A model generated the notes under the pieces. The model was not told where the DNA came from and ran no database searches. It saw only the letters and a list, made by a program, of their open reading frames with translations. Below, in pieces: positions 12,636 through 27,620 of a DNA stretch of 64,000 bases. A program made the position numbers and the translations under genes. Every line of letters begins with the position of its first letter. Within the stretch, counting starts at the first letter, position 1. This stretch comes from Octopus vulgaris (Eukaryota), in NCBI GenBank assembly GCA_951406725.2, contig OX597830.1, positions 12,152,001 through 12,216,000 on the forward strand. Direction: 5' to 3'.

Positions 12636-13443
12636 CTTTCAAGAAACCTCATAGGTTAAAGGCTTAAAATGAAAAATATAAAAAGTTGACACTAAAATTT
12701 ACAACTGGAAATTGAAATTTAAAAAATTCAAACTAAAAGTAAACTTATGAAGTGAAATGTAAATAAATCAAAATTGAAATGAAAATTGAGAATAAAAATT
12801 TAAAATCAAAATTGAAAATTTTAAATTGGATTAAAAGTAAAATTGAAAAATAAGCAAAAAATACTATTAAACAATTAAAAAAGTTAACAGATAAAAATTG
12901 AAAGATTAAAAAAATCCTAAAATTGAAAAATTAAAAGTTTAAAACTTAATTTATGCTGTCCAACACTAGTGACCCCAATAAAATAGCAATTTACAATTAA
13001 AAAAAATAAAAATCAAGAAATTGAACATTAAAGATAAATAGATATTAAACAATTAAAAAATGTTTATGTTTTGCTTAGATAAAAATAGTTCCTGAATTCT
13101 TAAATTTAAAAATATTTCTTGACATAAGTTAAAAATATTTTAATTTCAAATTAAAAAAAAAAATTGTTACAATTTACTTTTCCAAGGAAATTTTTGATTT
13201 AATTTTAATTTAATTTTAATGTCTAATTTTTAATTACTTAACACTTAAAAAAAAATTCAATTTTGCTTTTTAACTTTTTTATTCTCAATTTTTATTTCAA
13301 TTTTAATTTTATTTGATTTTCCTTTCATAATTTTGAAAGTTTTCAATATCCTATTACTTTTAATTTAAACTTTCAAATTTTCAACTGCCAGTGTCAATTT
13401 TTCATATTTAAAAGAAGTTTTCATAAGGTTTCTTGGAAAGGCC
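12633..13443. repeat. Degenerate AT-rich foldback-like inverted repeat of about 800 bp
   Basis: A-rich left half and T-rich right half; termini cctttcaagaaacct and aggtttcttggaaagg. Confidence 0.5.
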
Positions 13444-13515
13444 TCTCTCTCTCTCCCTCTCCTCCCCTCTCTCTCTCCCTCTCTCTCTCCCTCCCCTCCC
13501 CTCTCTCTCTCCCTT

Positions 13516-13565
<50 letters not shown>

Positions 13566-13968
13566 AGCTTATTTTAACCTCAATATCCCATCTTCTCATG
13601 TTTTATTCCTAAGAAGCCGTGTGATTTTTTTTCATTATTTATATATTTATTCATTTACTTACTATATTCATTTCCTTTAATTATCACTTTATAATTATTT
13701 CAACCTACACATAATAGGGTTTTCACGAAGTTGTGACTATTAAACAAAAAATTAGTTGTTGTTCTTATAATGTCTGGAGGGGATTTTTCTTCCCACATGT
13801 GGTGTAGGGTTCTTTGTGTTTTTAATCGATGGTGCTAAGGGCATTTAGCTTACAGCAGCTGAAAAAGTGCAGTGATGAGCATATTGTTGACATAGAAACT
13901 TGAAGTTCTATATGTGAGTCTCCATAATTGTATCTTTCTATATGCATGTGTGTGTGTGTGTAATTATA

Positions 13969-14018
<50 letters not shown>

Positions 14019-14225
14019 TACATACATACATGCATACATACATACATACATACACACATACATACATACATACATACATACATACATACATCTAATGTCT
14101 TGCAAGTGAATTTGATATATATCATCTTTATCATCAACATCATCTTATTCATCTTTTAATGTCCATCCTCTGTGCTGGAAATTGATACCCTAGTCACTCC
14201 TCACCCCCCACCCAAAAAAGCCCCT

Positions 14226-14600
14226 CAGTCACAATGATTTTTTGTGCTAGTTGCTGACTCTTGAACTTCTTAGTCCACGGAAAAGTTGTGTGACCCCCAC
14301 CCCACCAATGGATTGACTCTTTGTTTCTGGATTGTAAAGATATGCCCACATTTCACCACCCACTCTCATCAGATAGGAAAAGAAAATGTTTTCTTTGGCT
14401 TCAAGCACTTCCAGGAGTTCAGAGCAGGCTTCCACCCTTCTTGCCTTCAAATGGGTTACCCTCTCAACACACACTCTCCAATATCCAGAGTTTACCACAA
14501 TCGTTTCTTATGCATTATGACCACTGTCCGGTTGTGTAGCAGGCTCATAGATTGTTACTCTTCTGTCTATGCAAATCGGTTTGGCCACTCATAATTCATG
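14226..14600 (-). mobile_element. mariner transposase remnant
   Basis: RRVEACSELLEVLE...GGEMWAYLYNPETKSQS is a decayed TGDETW..YDPETKxQS mariner motif. Confidence 0.75.
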
Positions 14601-15163
14601 TCACTGTTTACAAATACAAATAAATGTGTGTATTTTTCCCTTGTTAACAATTAACATGGAAAAAATAGATAAATATTTACCAGGGTAGCAAAAAATCACA
14701 CAAGTAAAAAGGGCGTAACCTTGTTTTTAAAGGTAGAAAAGATTACATTGTTTTACATCATTTTATTCCTTTGGAATAATACCAGTGATATCTTCGAAAC
14801 ACGTGTCGGAAGTAAAAGAAATTGAATAACACCTGCGTTTAACTCCATTTATATATATATATATATTTTTTTATTTCTTTACTGCCCACAAGGGGCTAAA
14901 CACAGAGGGGATAAACAAGGACAGACAAACGGATTAAGTCGTTTATATTGACCCCAGTGCGTAACTGGTACTTAATTTATCGACCCCGAAAGGATGAAAG
15001 GCAATATATATATACACATATACTTCTAGTATATGTGTATATCTTTATCCTAATTGAACACAACTGAAAGAACATTAAATTAAGATTGCCATGTCTCTGT
15101 TATGCTAAATGTATGAATACATATATATGCTACCATTCACCCATACATACTACCATTCACCCA

Positions 15164-15203
<40 letters not shown>

Positions 15204-16959
15204 TTCATGCACATGTCCCTATATTTGATGGTGAAATTTTAGATCTGTGTGTTCATGTTGTGGGTCCGTGTAATTTCTTCTATATTTGTTTACTTTTTTA
15301 AATTTAAATTTATGACTTGTATCTGTTGTAGTGATGCATTGTGTTGAGTGAGTGTGTAGACATCAGCAGCATGTGTATATGCATCACCAAAAAAATGGAT
15401 GATATGGGTGTGTGTATATATGACAATACAAAAAGTAAGGAACAAGAAGGCTTGTGTGCGTGTGTGCACATATAAACATGCAGGCATACACACACATACA
15501 TACATATTTGCACACACACACACAGTGTCTAATTACAAAGACAATAACCATTAAAATATCAAATACCTGTAATTCACACGTTCACCAACTGCCCTGCACA
15601 TCGCACTTCCCACCAATCAAATACACACTCTTACTCACATACACTTTCCAAATAGTAGAAATCCACTAATAAAAGTTTGGAGTCCAGCAACTCCAACCTG
15701 GAGTAATGAGTGTGTGTTAATTGATTAGGTCACATGTGACAAAGACTCTGACAAATCAGGTGACTGACTGATTGGTCAAATAATTAACCTTTGTATGAAT
15801 TTAGACAGTGGCATTTGCAAGTGTTCGCCAATAATACTCTCTGTGAAACACGTGTCTCACCATGTAGACAACAAGTGTATGACACGTGTTTATTGTGCTT
15901 GAGGATGTATGCAGGCTTGCAGCATACCCTGTGCATACATTTTAGTAATGGTGATGTAGCACTCATCAACAGGTGTGTAGTGCTCGCTACTAAATGGTGT
16001 TTTACTATAAGCACCAAGCATTCCATTATAAGCACCAAGCATTCCACCTGTAGAGCAGGCTAGAGTAAGGTAGCCACACAATTTTGTAACAGTTTTATTT
16101 CTACGTACAGGATAATATGGTACCTTGACCCACAAATGTTATCCTATTGTTCGTGAAATACTAGGGTCGACTTTCATATGGGATCTATGGAAAATTCCCA
16201 ATTTTTGGGCCTAAAACAGGGTGTCGACTTTTATATGAGATCAACTATTATTCGAGTATATATGGTATATACAATCACATATGTGCATGTGTTTGCCTGT
16301 ATGTATGTTTACAGTTTTCCAAATAACCATGCCAACAAAATCACTTCTTAATTTAAAAAAAAAAAATTATACTAGTATACTATATCATGGAAGCCCCAAA
16401 GTTATACAGCTATTTTGTCTAATAGCATTCATTCATTCAATAAATAATTTTTTACATAACGTATATAGAATAGAATTGAAATGAATATATATGAAATTAT
16501 CATTAATGAAAATAGAGGCAAGGGAGAGAGAGGGTGAGAGACTGTTGCAAATGAAAACAGAAAATTTTGCCTCCAACAAGCTAATATTGTTTATGAAATC
16601 TACTCTGCAGTGAATGCAATGAATATTTAAATTAGAGAAAAACTTCTAGTTCAAATATTCAATAAACTTCAGAAATCGAAATTACAGGAAATTTCTTGGA
16701 ACATGAATTGTATAAAAAAAATTTCCAGACGGTCAAGCCTTCAATAATTACTTTCTCCATCATATTATAGATAATTAACAAGCAACTTTCTCCATTATGT
16801 TATAGATAGATTATAGATAGATATAGTCTCTTCCATGTTGAAGTAAATGAATATTGTATTATACTGAAAAGTATTAAGTGATCTTTTAGTGCCTCCAAGC
16901 TTCAACAACCTTATCTTTGAATTACATAAATGCATAGTCAATGTCAGACTCTCTCCTAT

Positions 16960-17922
16960 ATCCCGTGGTCAGGCTGCACTGATTTGGAGGTCTTGGTCTT
17001 CATAAGGGTCCATCCCTCTCTCTCCACTGCTTCCTTTCCTCCAGCCACACCTGCTCCACCCTAGTGAGCAGCATCCTCTCCTCTCTAATATGGACCAGTT
17101 CCAACTGGGAGTTGGATGAAGCTCTCCAACACTAGCAGGAATTGGGTTTGTCTGCTCCTGAGAAGGTGGAGGACTTTCAGGCCCACAAAGCTTGGGACAA
17201 CATAATTTCGAAAGCCACCTCCAACTCCCTCCTCATCCAGTCAGACCAGCTTTCAATGTGCCGCTTACTATCTGTTAGCGCCAACTACTCAGGTGACTGG
17301 ATTGATGCCATCTCTGTGGCTAATGTTGGTGGCCTACTCAGCTTGGATGAACTTCGTGTCTCCATTGCCCTTAAAGTGGGAGCTGATGTATGCACGGGTT
17401 CGATCTGTCATTGTGGCAGGCTCCTCGACCCCACAGGCCTTCGTGGCCTTTCTTGCTACCTGAATGCTGGTTGCTTCACACGTCATACGGAGTTGAACCT
17501 GATACTCATGAGGAGCTTGACTTGGGCAAACATCCCCTCCATCTTGGAACCATCTGGATTGTCCAAATGCGATGGAAAGAGACCTGATGGCCTAACTCTG
17601 TGCCCCTGATCGGAAGGCAGATGCCTTGTCTGGGATGTCACAGTTAGCAACTCCTTTGCTTCTTCTCACATCCTAGACACTGCGGTCAGGGTGAGATCTC
17701 AAAATCCTGAAATACCGCAATCTGTCAGCCAACTACATTTTCCATCCTGTGGCGCTTGGTGGGCCCTGATCCCTAACTGCGAGATTCCTGTCTTCACTGG
17801 CAATTCACCTTGCAGAGGTGACTGATGAGGCTCGTGAAGGCACATGGCTGTTCCAGCACATCAGCCTCGTCATCACCTATGGCAATGCTGTCAGCATGCT
17901 GGCATGCCTTGATAGCCATTAG
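16960..17922 (+). mobile_element. CRE-clade non-LTR retrotransposon 3' fragment (zinc knuckle and restriction-like endonuclease)
   Basis: SGDWIDA...CHCGRLLDPTG..GLSC....RHTELN...EPSGLSKCDGKRPDGLTL..*SEGRCLVWDVTV; contains stops and frameshifts. Confidence 0.8.
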
Positions 17923-18816
17923 AGAGGTTTCCCAGTGTCCCCAACTTTTCAACACAAAGTGGTGAATTGTTTTGGTTTTTTTCTCTTTTTTCTCATTTTC
18001 TCTCTTTTTTTTTCTTCTTTTTACTTTTTAATTTTCTTTCAATTGGGTTCTCTGTTTTGTCGAATTTTCTAAATTTTGTTCAATGGTAAACATCGATATA
18101 TTTTAAAAGTAAATGTTATAAAAGTAAATCTTTATCTGTCTGTCTCCCTCCCTCTCTCTCTCTACATATATATGTATTTATATACACACATATGTATATA
18201 AATATATGTGTGTGTGTATGTATATATGTATGTATATATGAATTTAAATACAAATACACAAACAGATACACAAATCTTATTAAGATGAAACAGTATGAGA
18301 AGAAATAATGAAGAAATAATTTGGTACATTTAAATCAAGTATTTAAACTAAGATATGGATATAAAGCATGTATGAAAGACAATCACATTTGTGTATTTGG
18401 TATTTACTTTGATGATAGATTAATTCTTTTCTAATGGATTTAGTAACTTTAATTCATATGTAGTAGGAAATATTTTTAAATAGGTTGTAATTTAAAAAAA
18501 AATAATTATACTTTTGTATATATATATTCAATGTTTTAAGGTAGCTAACTCGTGCATTGAAATTGAATTAGTCACTCAAAACAAAATATGCCTCTGATCC
18601 AAGTCTTCAATTTCCTTTTTCCATTTGAAATTTACATTTTCATTTTCTAAAGGAAAGTATTAAAATATACAAATATTTGAAGAAAGATTATTAAAATATA
18701 TTTTGTTTGCTTTTGTGTTATTTTTCTTTAAGCATATTTGTTGCTTAATAATTTAGATGTAGAAATATATATGCAAGCATCAATATGTACAATGCGCACA
18801 CATGCACATGCACAAA

Positions 18817-18915
<99 letters not shown>

Positions 18916-20049
18916 TAGTGTTATTGATCATCAATAAATGACTGCAACATGAACTTCAAGAATGAGCTGGTCACTTGATTACCTATTAATCTGGTGAGCC
19001 CCAAAAAGCCAAATGCACTTCATTCTCCGCAGAAAATGAGATAAGCAGAAAATGGTAAATGCAAGGTTCTTCCATGTTGAAGAAGGTGCAATCCTATGAA
19101 GTTTAGTGGTCAGTGACTTAGAACTAGAAGAATTCAAAGACATAAACAAGTCAAGAGAGGAAGATATGGAAGGTTAAATATTCATTGGACAATTAGAAGT
19201 TTAGAAGAGTTCTAACTGAAACAATTTACTTGGAGGTAATTCAGATGTGTATCATAAATGACAACTGGAAGTAGAACAGGACAACCCATGGAGAATGACA
19301 GACCAAATCTGTGGTTCCATGGATGATATATAGGTGGTAGAACAGGGGAGAGACAGGCTTGGAAAAATTGGAAGAATGGGGGTAGCAGGAAATTATACTA
19401 GATAGCTGGAAGAGAAGCTAGGCGATAGTGTTATTTAGCAAAGGAAGAAACAGAAAGGAGATTTATCAAAGTTATACAAGTTATACAGTGTGAAGAGCAG
19501 AAGCATGAGGTGTTCTGGATTGCAAGACAGTGTATGAGAGAGAACTGAAGTCCATACAGATAATGGTACATTTGCTCTTAGTGATTCTGAAAAGAAAGAG
19601 ACATGAAAGTGGTTCTTATCATCATCATCATCATTGTTTAACGTCCACTTTCCATGCTAGCATGGGTTGGACGGTTCAACTGGGGTCTGGGAAGCCAGAA
19701 GGCTGCACCAGGCCCAGTCTGATCTGGCAGTGTTTCTACAGCTGGATGCCCTTCCTAACGTCAACCACTCCGTGAGTGTAGTGGGTGCTTTTTACGTGCC
19801 AGATGACGCTGGCAAATGGCTACAACCGGATGGTGCTTTTTACATGCCACTGGCACAGAGGCCAGTCGGGGTGGCGCTGGCAATGGCCACATTCGGATGG
19901 TTCTCTTACGTGCCACCAGCACTGGTATCACAGCTACAGTTTCTGTTATTAAATGTGAAGAATGTGTTGAAGGAAGAAAGTCTTCCCAGCATGGATCCAG
20001 CTGAGAAACCAGTCATTCTTGTTGACAGCAGGGTGATAAATAAAACAAT

Positions 20050-21210
20050 TGAGGTTCAAATGCAGAAATAACCCCTGTACTACCAGTAATTACTACCAAA
20101 TGCTTAAAATATCTAGTGGTGTAGGATACAGTCTAATTACCCATCTTGTCAATCAGGTTGTGCAGTAAAGTCTCATAACCAATGACTTACATTATAGCTA
20201 ACTGTTACAAGAATAAAGGATATGTCTTAGAGAAAGGGACTTACAATAAGCATCAAATTGCTGGACCAGGTTATGAAAGGTATTGAGAAGTCATAGCTCA
20301 ATTAATTAGAGAAAGGGTTACATGAGGGGAATGTATTGCTGATGCCTTTTCCTGGTAAAGCAACTGCAGGGAAAGTACTTGGCTAAAGTAAGCTGCTGTA
20401 CTCATCCTGGAGAAAAGCTTTGACAGAATCCCTTATTGTATAACCTAGTGTTACTGAGAAGGTTAGGGGGTGGATGAATGGCTTGTTTGTGCCATGCTGT
20501 CAATAAGATAAGTGTCAATAAGTATAGCCATGAATATAATATGCAGGTAGTCTAAGCTTGGTTTTCTGCCTCCTATTCATCATAATCCTCCAGGCTTTTA
20601 GACACAAAGTTTACATTTAACCTTTATGGTAGATGCACAGGAGCAATAAACATTAAGAATGCACAGGAAATAGATTTTCTTGAATGCCCAAGAGAATACC
20701 AAGAGGTAGTAGATAGCTTTTGTTACCTTGGTGACCTAATTAGCTTTGGAGGAAGTTTTTAAAAAATAGTTGCTAGGATAAGAAAAAGCTGGAGGAAGTT
20801 CAGAGAAATGTTTCCTGTGTTGACAACAAGGATTTTCTTTCTCAGAGTGAAAGGCAGATTGTATGATGCATGTGTATGAAGAGCAATGCTACAAGGTATT
20901 GCAACATGGGCTATGAATACAGGGGATATATCTTTACAAAGAAATGGAACTAGCATGTTAGAGGAATCAGTTGCAGTGTGCAAGAGAGAGGACTGCATTG
21001 ATATGGTCATGCAATGCATATGAATGAGAACAGTTGTATAAAGAAGTGTTAATTGCTAAATATTGATGGAACTTGTGGAAGAGGAAGACCCAGAGAGAGA
21101 GGCAGACAAGGGAAGAAGTAGTGAGGGCTGATTTAAGACTCTCATGAAGGAGATATCAAAAGACCAGAATGTTTGGCAATGTGTCACTCTAGATGACACC
21201 CATCTTGCTG
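20050..21210 (+). mobile_element. Decayed RTE-clade LINE RT and 3' end (a related 3' fragment lies at 4960-5135)
   Basis: IKLLDQVMK, LEKAFDRIP, EVVDSFCYLGDLI, ARIRKSWRKFRE, RVKGRLYDACV and GRGRP motifs. Confidence 0.75.
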
Positions 21211-22220
21211 AATCTGAGGTTCTGCAAGCATGGTCTCTATATATTTACAAATGGGCCTCTCGCCTAATTTTCTCATTAAATCTTCCCTCTACATTCTTAT
21301 TCTTTATTATTGATCTCTCCATCACCTGCCGACTGTAGTGTTTCATTTCCATGATCAAACGAGGGCAGAACTACATATCTTATCATTTCTTTCTGTGATA
21401 TCAGTTATCTATCTCACTACCTGGGACCATTCCAATGGACTTCCATCCTTCATTCTTACTTTGTCCCTCTCCATTCACTTTTTACATTGATCGCTCCACT
21501 CTTATATGCTACCTATCCTCTCTCTTCCTCTCTACTGAACCATTTCCTGTTAATTTACCTTTATCATTACATTTCTCACTCTACCCATGCACTAAGTCTT
21601 TCTCTCAATTCACATTCTTGCAACTGACCCATCCACATATCATTTATTTCTCTCTACCCTGATACTCTTCACTCTCCTCTACTGCCAATCTGCACCTACC
21701 CCCCCAACTCATATGCATCATTGATTACTCCTCCAGCATTCACTACATCCACCCCAATACGTTTTTCGATCTCTAGTCATCATTTACTTTCCCCTTTCTT
21801 CCCTTCAACTCATAGAAATTCCCCCCACCTTGTCCTTCGTTCCTCATTCAGTATATTCACACCCTCCTCCATGTCTTACCATCGTTTCCTACCTCCCTTT
21901 TTCCTCACACTTTTACCACTTCTGTCCAGCCTGCATCCCTTTTCTCCTCCCTTGGTGCCTCCTCCCCACCTCCTGGCATCATTTATATTTCTCTTTCCTC
22001 TTCCAAATCAATCACTCCCACTCACTGTTGTATAATGTCAGCAGCCGTGTATTTCTTCAGCAGCGAAAAACCTGTTCTGTTGCATTGCTTCATACTTTAA
22101 CCTTTCATCACCTAATATAAAGCTACCTCCCTTTCCCCTGTAATCCCACTTAATTGATGATGTGGACCCTAGTCTTGTGAGCATTAAGGTGGCTTCACTA
22201 ATATTGGTGCCACAAGAAAA

Positions 22221-22452
22221 GGCGGCGAGCTGGCAGAAACGTTAGCACGCCGGGCAAACTACTTAGCAGTTTTTCGTCTGTCTTTATGTTCTGAGTTCAA
22301 ATTCCGCCAAGGTCAACTTTGCCTTTCATCCTTTTGGGGTCGATAAATTAAGTACCAGTTACGCACTGGGGTCGATGTAATCGACTTAATCCCTTTGCCT
22401 GTCCTTGTTTGTCCCCTCTGTGTTTAGCCCCCTGTGGGCAGTAAAGAAATAA
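22221..22452 (+). mobile_element. SINE family B (tRNA-like head, Deu/Nin-domain-like core)
   Basis: ggcggcgagctggcagaaacgttagc...gagttcaaattcc...gcctttcatcctt..ggggtcgataaattaagtacc. The core resembles the DeuSINE/Nin domain as recalled. More than 12 copies in the window. Confidence 0.85.
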
Positions 22453-22855
22453 GAAAAAGCATCAAGTATACTTTGTAAAGTGGCTGGCATTAAAATGAGC
22501 ATAGAAACTATACCAGAGTAGACAGTGAAGTATGACGCCTTCTTCTGATCCACCGGGTCCTGTCAAACTGCCCAAACATACCACCATGGTTTGGACAGTT
22601 TGATGATATGATCACCATTTTCATTTAACATCCACTTTGCCATGGGTTAAACAGAATTTGTTCTGGCAGATTTCATATGACCAGATGCCCTTTCTGTTGC
22701 CGGTCCTCATCTGTTTTCCACTAGGTATTGTTTCCCATTTCCAGTCTTCCACAGAAGACTGGAAATGGAAACATTGTTTTTATGACGATGATGAGGCTCA
22801 TTTACATCTATCATGTAATGCCATGACAAGGGTTCACACCACCAGACACATACTG

Positions 22856-23350
<495 letters not shown>

Positions 23351-26078
23351 AGATAGTTACTGTCTACCAAATCCACTCTCTGAGCTTTAGTCAGCCCAGG
23401 CCTAGATTATAATCCTAGATTATAAGGGTGGAAGCAAATTTGACTCAGCTCCACATGGGCATTTAGGAGATGTACAACTCAGGTGTTTGAAACCTTACGT
23501 ACATATATGTATTGATATATGTATGTATGCATGTATGTGTATGTGTGTGTGTTTGTATATATACAGCATTATCATCATCATCATCATCATTTAACGTCCG
23601 CTTTCCATCTGGCATGGGTTGGATCGTTTGACAAGAGCTAGCAAGCCCAGAAGGTTATGCCAAGTTCTATTGTCTGTTTTGGCATGGTTTCTATGACTGG
23701 ATGCCTTTCCTAATATACACATAAATTCAAAATGCATATATTTATGTATGAAATTTTAAAAATATTGTACAGTTTTTGTGTAATTTTATTTTATGTACTC
23801 AAGTATTACTGCTCGCATAAAAGAAGCATTTGAATTGTCCTGTTTATTTCTCACTTGTTCTACTTTCTGTGTTCATATCCCATCAAAGTCAACTTTGCCC
23901 ACCACCTTTCCGGGTTTGCTAAATTTAAGTGCCACTGATTTAATTTACTCCAGTGTATATTGTCTCCTAGTGTTTTTCATGCATGTCACACCCAACGAGA
24001 TGTCTGAGCAAATATTTTAGGTGGCCACAACATTTGTGAGAGGAGGAACTACTCCCAGCTATTTTGAAACTACTCCCAGCTATATTGAAACACATAATGA
24101 TAGAATAACGCCACCCCAATCCTATACAGAAGGATGTTGTGCATTTGTGTGTACAAGTGCAAACTTTTAACAAATAGAAACTGAAGAAAAATGATTGCCC
24201 ATTGTGTAGGTGTATGCACCATCAAGCTATGCTTCCTGGTGTTTGGTGAGTCAACAAACATTTGTCCTGTGCTGTAGTACTTATTCCAGAGTGGCATAGA
24301 AGAAGTTTTGCTTGTGACTATTGGGCAGTGATGACCCCTTGGTGATACTGAGGCTACAATAAACATCTATTATGTTAATAGGAATTTATGAAACATATTT
24401 TCACTTCATTTATCAGTTAAGCTTTACAATAATTACATTACTTAAAATAAATTTTTATGCTAAAAACAAAAAAACAAATTGAAATATTTTTGTTGTTTCA
24501 ACAGATACATGCGTGTTTGTGTGTGTATGTGTGTGTGTGTGTGTGTGTGTATCAAACTATAAATCATTTGATAAAGTATATTTTTATTATTTTGAAAAAT
24601 TTTTATTAACAGTTGTTATAGTATTTTTTGACAAGTTGGATCTCATTGATAGTTATGTGCTTTTTCAAACTTTGCTTTATTTTTCAAAGAAGCAAAATAT
24701 AGGCAATTATCATTTCTTAATTTCTTTTAAATTCCCTTCAGAAAAAGCATGGAAAATTATTTTAATGAATCCTCTTTCAAATTAAAACAAAATCAATACT
24801 TACACTTAAAAATTATTACCAAATCAGTCTTCTAATTTTTAAAAATGTTTATTCTCTCTATAATACATTACCTAGTAGTATACTTGTCACAAATATCTAT
24901 CTATATAAGATACAAATTATAAGAAATAAAATTCTGTAAAAAACGGAAGACTATTTAGTTCATTTGGCTATACTTTTTTGGAAAAAAAAAAACTATATTA
25001 TATCACTTTTTTCATCCTCTTCAATACTATTAAAATTTTGAATGAACTAAAATATAAGCAGAAGGAGGGCAAATGGCTTTTAAAGCTGAGAGAGTATCAA
25101 AAGGTGTTGCTTTTGGCAGCAAAATTGACTTTTTCCTAGATTTGGCCTAGAGCATGGTATAGTAGGTACTCTAACATTGCTTTTATGGCTCTTTGAGAGA
25201 GTTGGCCAAAGACAGGGCTACTTGTATATCAATTAAAATCATCTTAATAAAAGAAGCAGGAAGGTAGTTGAATGCATGTGGCCCTCTCTAGATGGCTGGC
25301 TGTCTGTTAAATGGCTATTAACCCTAACCATACCTTAGATTATGCTACCTTTTCATTTCACATCTATTCATTCCAGGTCACTGTGTTTCATATATTTATG
25401 GTTACACCTTGCAAAACTTAACATTTTTTTGTGGAAAGTAATGTAAATAAATTCATCGATTTTTACATTCATGTACATATATTTGAACCATAATGAAATT
25501 AAGATAACTGATTAAAAAGTAAATTGACTTCACATCTCACTATTCTACCGTAATGATTATAAAAAGTCATTTAGTACTTACATTTAATATTTTAGATATT
25601 ATGTGTTAAAATCTTGACTTTAGCTAAATTACTGTTCTTCAGTTTATTTTTATACATCATTTGTACTTCCCACAAGAAGCTCTTAAGTTTTGTTTGACTT
25701 TCCAAGCTTCAGCACGGATGGTATTCCCGTTCCAAGTGCTAAATTGATTTAATTTCTTACTAAATTCTTATGTTGCTTTTGTTTTTGTTCTATCCTCCTA
25801 TCAACATGTTTTAAATACTTTCTTGATGTGAACACCACTGGCCGTTATTTTTCATAGAACATCTTATTTTATTTCAACTTTAATTTACTTGTGCTTATCT
25901 TTTAAACCCCACTTGATCATGTTGCATCATATTCTGTACTGCTGCTGCTGCTGACCAATCATCTGGTGTCTATTGCAGATGTATGTTTCTTATGTAGTTA
26001 CTAACATTTGTGTCCTGTGTAGTTGCACTTCGTTTTGTCTTTGTCTAATACTGATCTCCCTCTCCCATTTTTCTACAG

Positions 26079-26331
26079 CATGGAAATGCATAAGAATTTG
26101 ACCCTTGACCCGGCCTCAACCCCAACAACCACGTCCTTGACCTCTGTTCAGTCCCATCATCCCTTGGCCATCCCGCTGAATCAGTTGGTGAAACCAATGC
26201 CGTATTTAAATGTCCCAGGTGTATTCGACCTGAATAATGATCGCAAACATTTTACGGCCAAAATGCGGGTTGGGGTGACGGCTAATAGTGCATTGAAGAA
26301 AGTGGAACGAGCAAAATTTGCACCTTACTAA
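26079..26331 (+). CDS. PCBP: Alternative terminal coding exon of a PCBP/mub-family KH-domain RNA-binding protein: (S)MEMHKNLTLDP...SALKKVERAKFAPY*
   Basis: Strong acceptor ctccctctcccatttttctacAG (AG at 26077-26078) with an upstream ctaat branch-like motif. GC-richer open frame of about 84 codons entering in phase 2. The start (SMEMHKNL) and the basic-rich K/R-F-x-PY end resemble, from memory, the long C-terminal isoform of Drosophila mub (SVELQKANL...RKFNPY). No search was run. Confidence 0.8.
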
Positions 26332-26842
26332 TGTTGAAATACCACATCTACTTCTACTAAGACTTTCTAGTTCACTTGAAATGGAGTCATCCAAGATTTT
26401 CCTATGTGTGAAGACAACTATATTTATTGACAGACATTATAGAAGAAAAATGGAAAAGATTACAGTAATTGAAGAGGATGTTATTTGTCTAATATCCACA
26501 AATTTACTAGCTGAGGTCTATATTTTGTAGAAAGATATGTGCAAGATGCCAAAAATTTTTTTCTGTAAATGTGTAAAAAGTGAAATAATGATGGAATGAA
26601 GTGATAATAATAAGATATCATGTTTTGGTTTACCTACAATGGACATTTTAACAATGTAGGCCCATCTCCAACATTCCAATTATGTTGTCAGTCAGAGTAC
26701 TTTTCCTTACCAACCTTTATACCAATGCATTTTCAATATTCATTTATTTACTTCCATTATGTTTAATCACCTAATAAATTTGATTATTATGCTTTTTAGT
26801 TTATCATTTTGATTGATATTGTTACCACGGCTACCATTTTTG

Positions 26843-26845
26843 TTA

Positions 26846-26926
<81 letters not shown>

Positions 26927-27058
26927 CATTATTATTATTATTTATTGTTGCTGTTGTTATTGTTGTTGTTATTGTTGTTGTTATTATTATCCTCCTCATC
27001 ATCATCATCGCCATTGTCATCATCGCCATCGTCATCATCATCATCATCATCATTATTA

Positions 27059-27089
<31 letters not shown>

Positions 27090-27104
27090 AATTATTATTA
27101 TTAC

Positions 27105-27146
<42 letters not shown>

Positions 27147-27160
27147 CATCATCATCGTTA
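26843..27160. repeat. (TTA)n/(TTG)n/(ATC)n compound trinucleotide repeat between the two PCBP terminal exons
   Basis: Direct inspection. Confidence 0.95.
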
Positions 27161-27583
27161 TTCACTATTTTTATTTCATAGTTTTTGTAACATTGATATT
27201 TCAATAAAAGAAATGAATATTGAAATATATTATATTAGCATGTAGTTTGCACATTTTAAACTGGTGAATTTGTCTAGTACTTACTCAGTTGGCATGAGTT
27301 TTTAAAGAATAAATTACATTTTTACAGTATATAATCAACATACAAAACTTATTTTAATTAGAGCTATCTCCATTTTAACAAAAATTCTATGGATCATTTT
27401 AATATCTCATATCTATTTAAACTGACTGAACAACAAATTTGTGGAGATACCCTGGTATTTGTTTTCCTTGTTGATGTCCATTTTTCTTTTACTTTTTACT
27501 TTCATGTCACTTATGATTCTATTCCAAAGAAATTCTCTCTGCAGTTGCCCTGCAGCCTGAAGCGTGATTTTGTGTCTTTGTAG

Positions 27584-27620
27584 GATAACAACAGAAGTTT
27601 GTGGAATGGGAATTCGCTAG
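27584..27620 (+). CDS. PCBP: Alternative terminal coding exon of PCBP: (R)ITTEVCGMGIR*
   Basis: Acceptor ttttgtgtctttgtAG (27582-27583), same phase 2 as the 26079 exon. The peptide matches the vertebrate PCBP C-terminus after KH3 (recalled: PCBP3 ARLTSEVTGMGTL*, PCBP1 ARLSSEKGMGCS*). Confidence 0.8.

Noticed and set aside
11376-12667. Long ORFs rich in YI/IY/HT/CV (also at 22637, 26796, 33504-35139, 52180 and 62332)
   Set aside because: These are translations of stop-free microsatellites and carry no coding signal.
17142-17609. 155-aa ORF as a host gene
   Set aside because: It is a CRE-type retrotransposon endonuclease region with flanking stops and frameshifts.
21240-22140. C/T-rich blocks (also 5200-6130; G/A-rich mirror at 48420-49600) as exons or PCBP-binding tracts
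   Set aside because: They look like heavily decayed dispersed repeats; there is no clean ORF or splice structure, and the family could not be assigned confidently.
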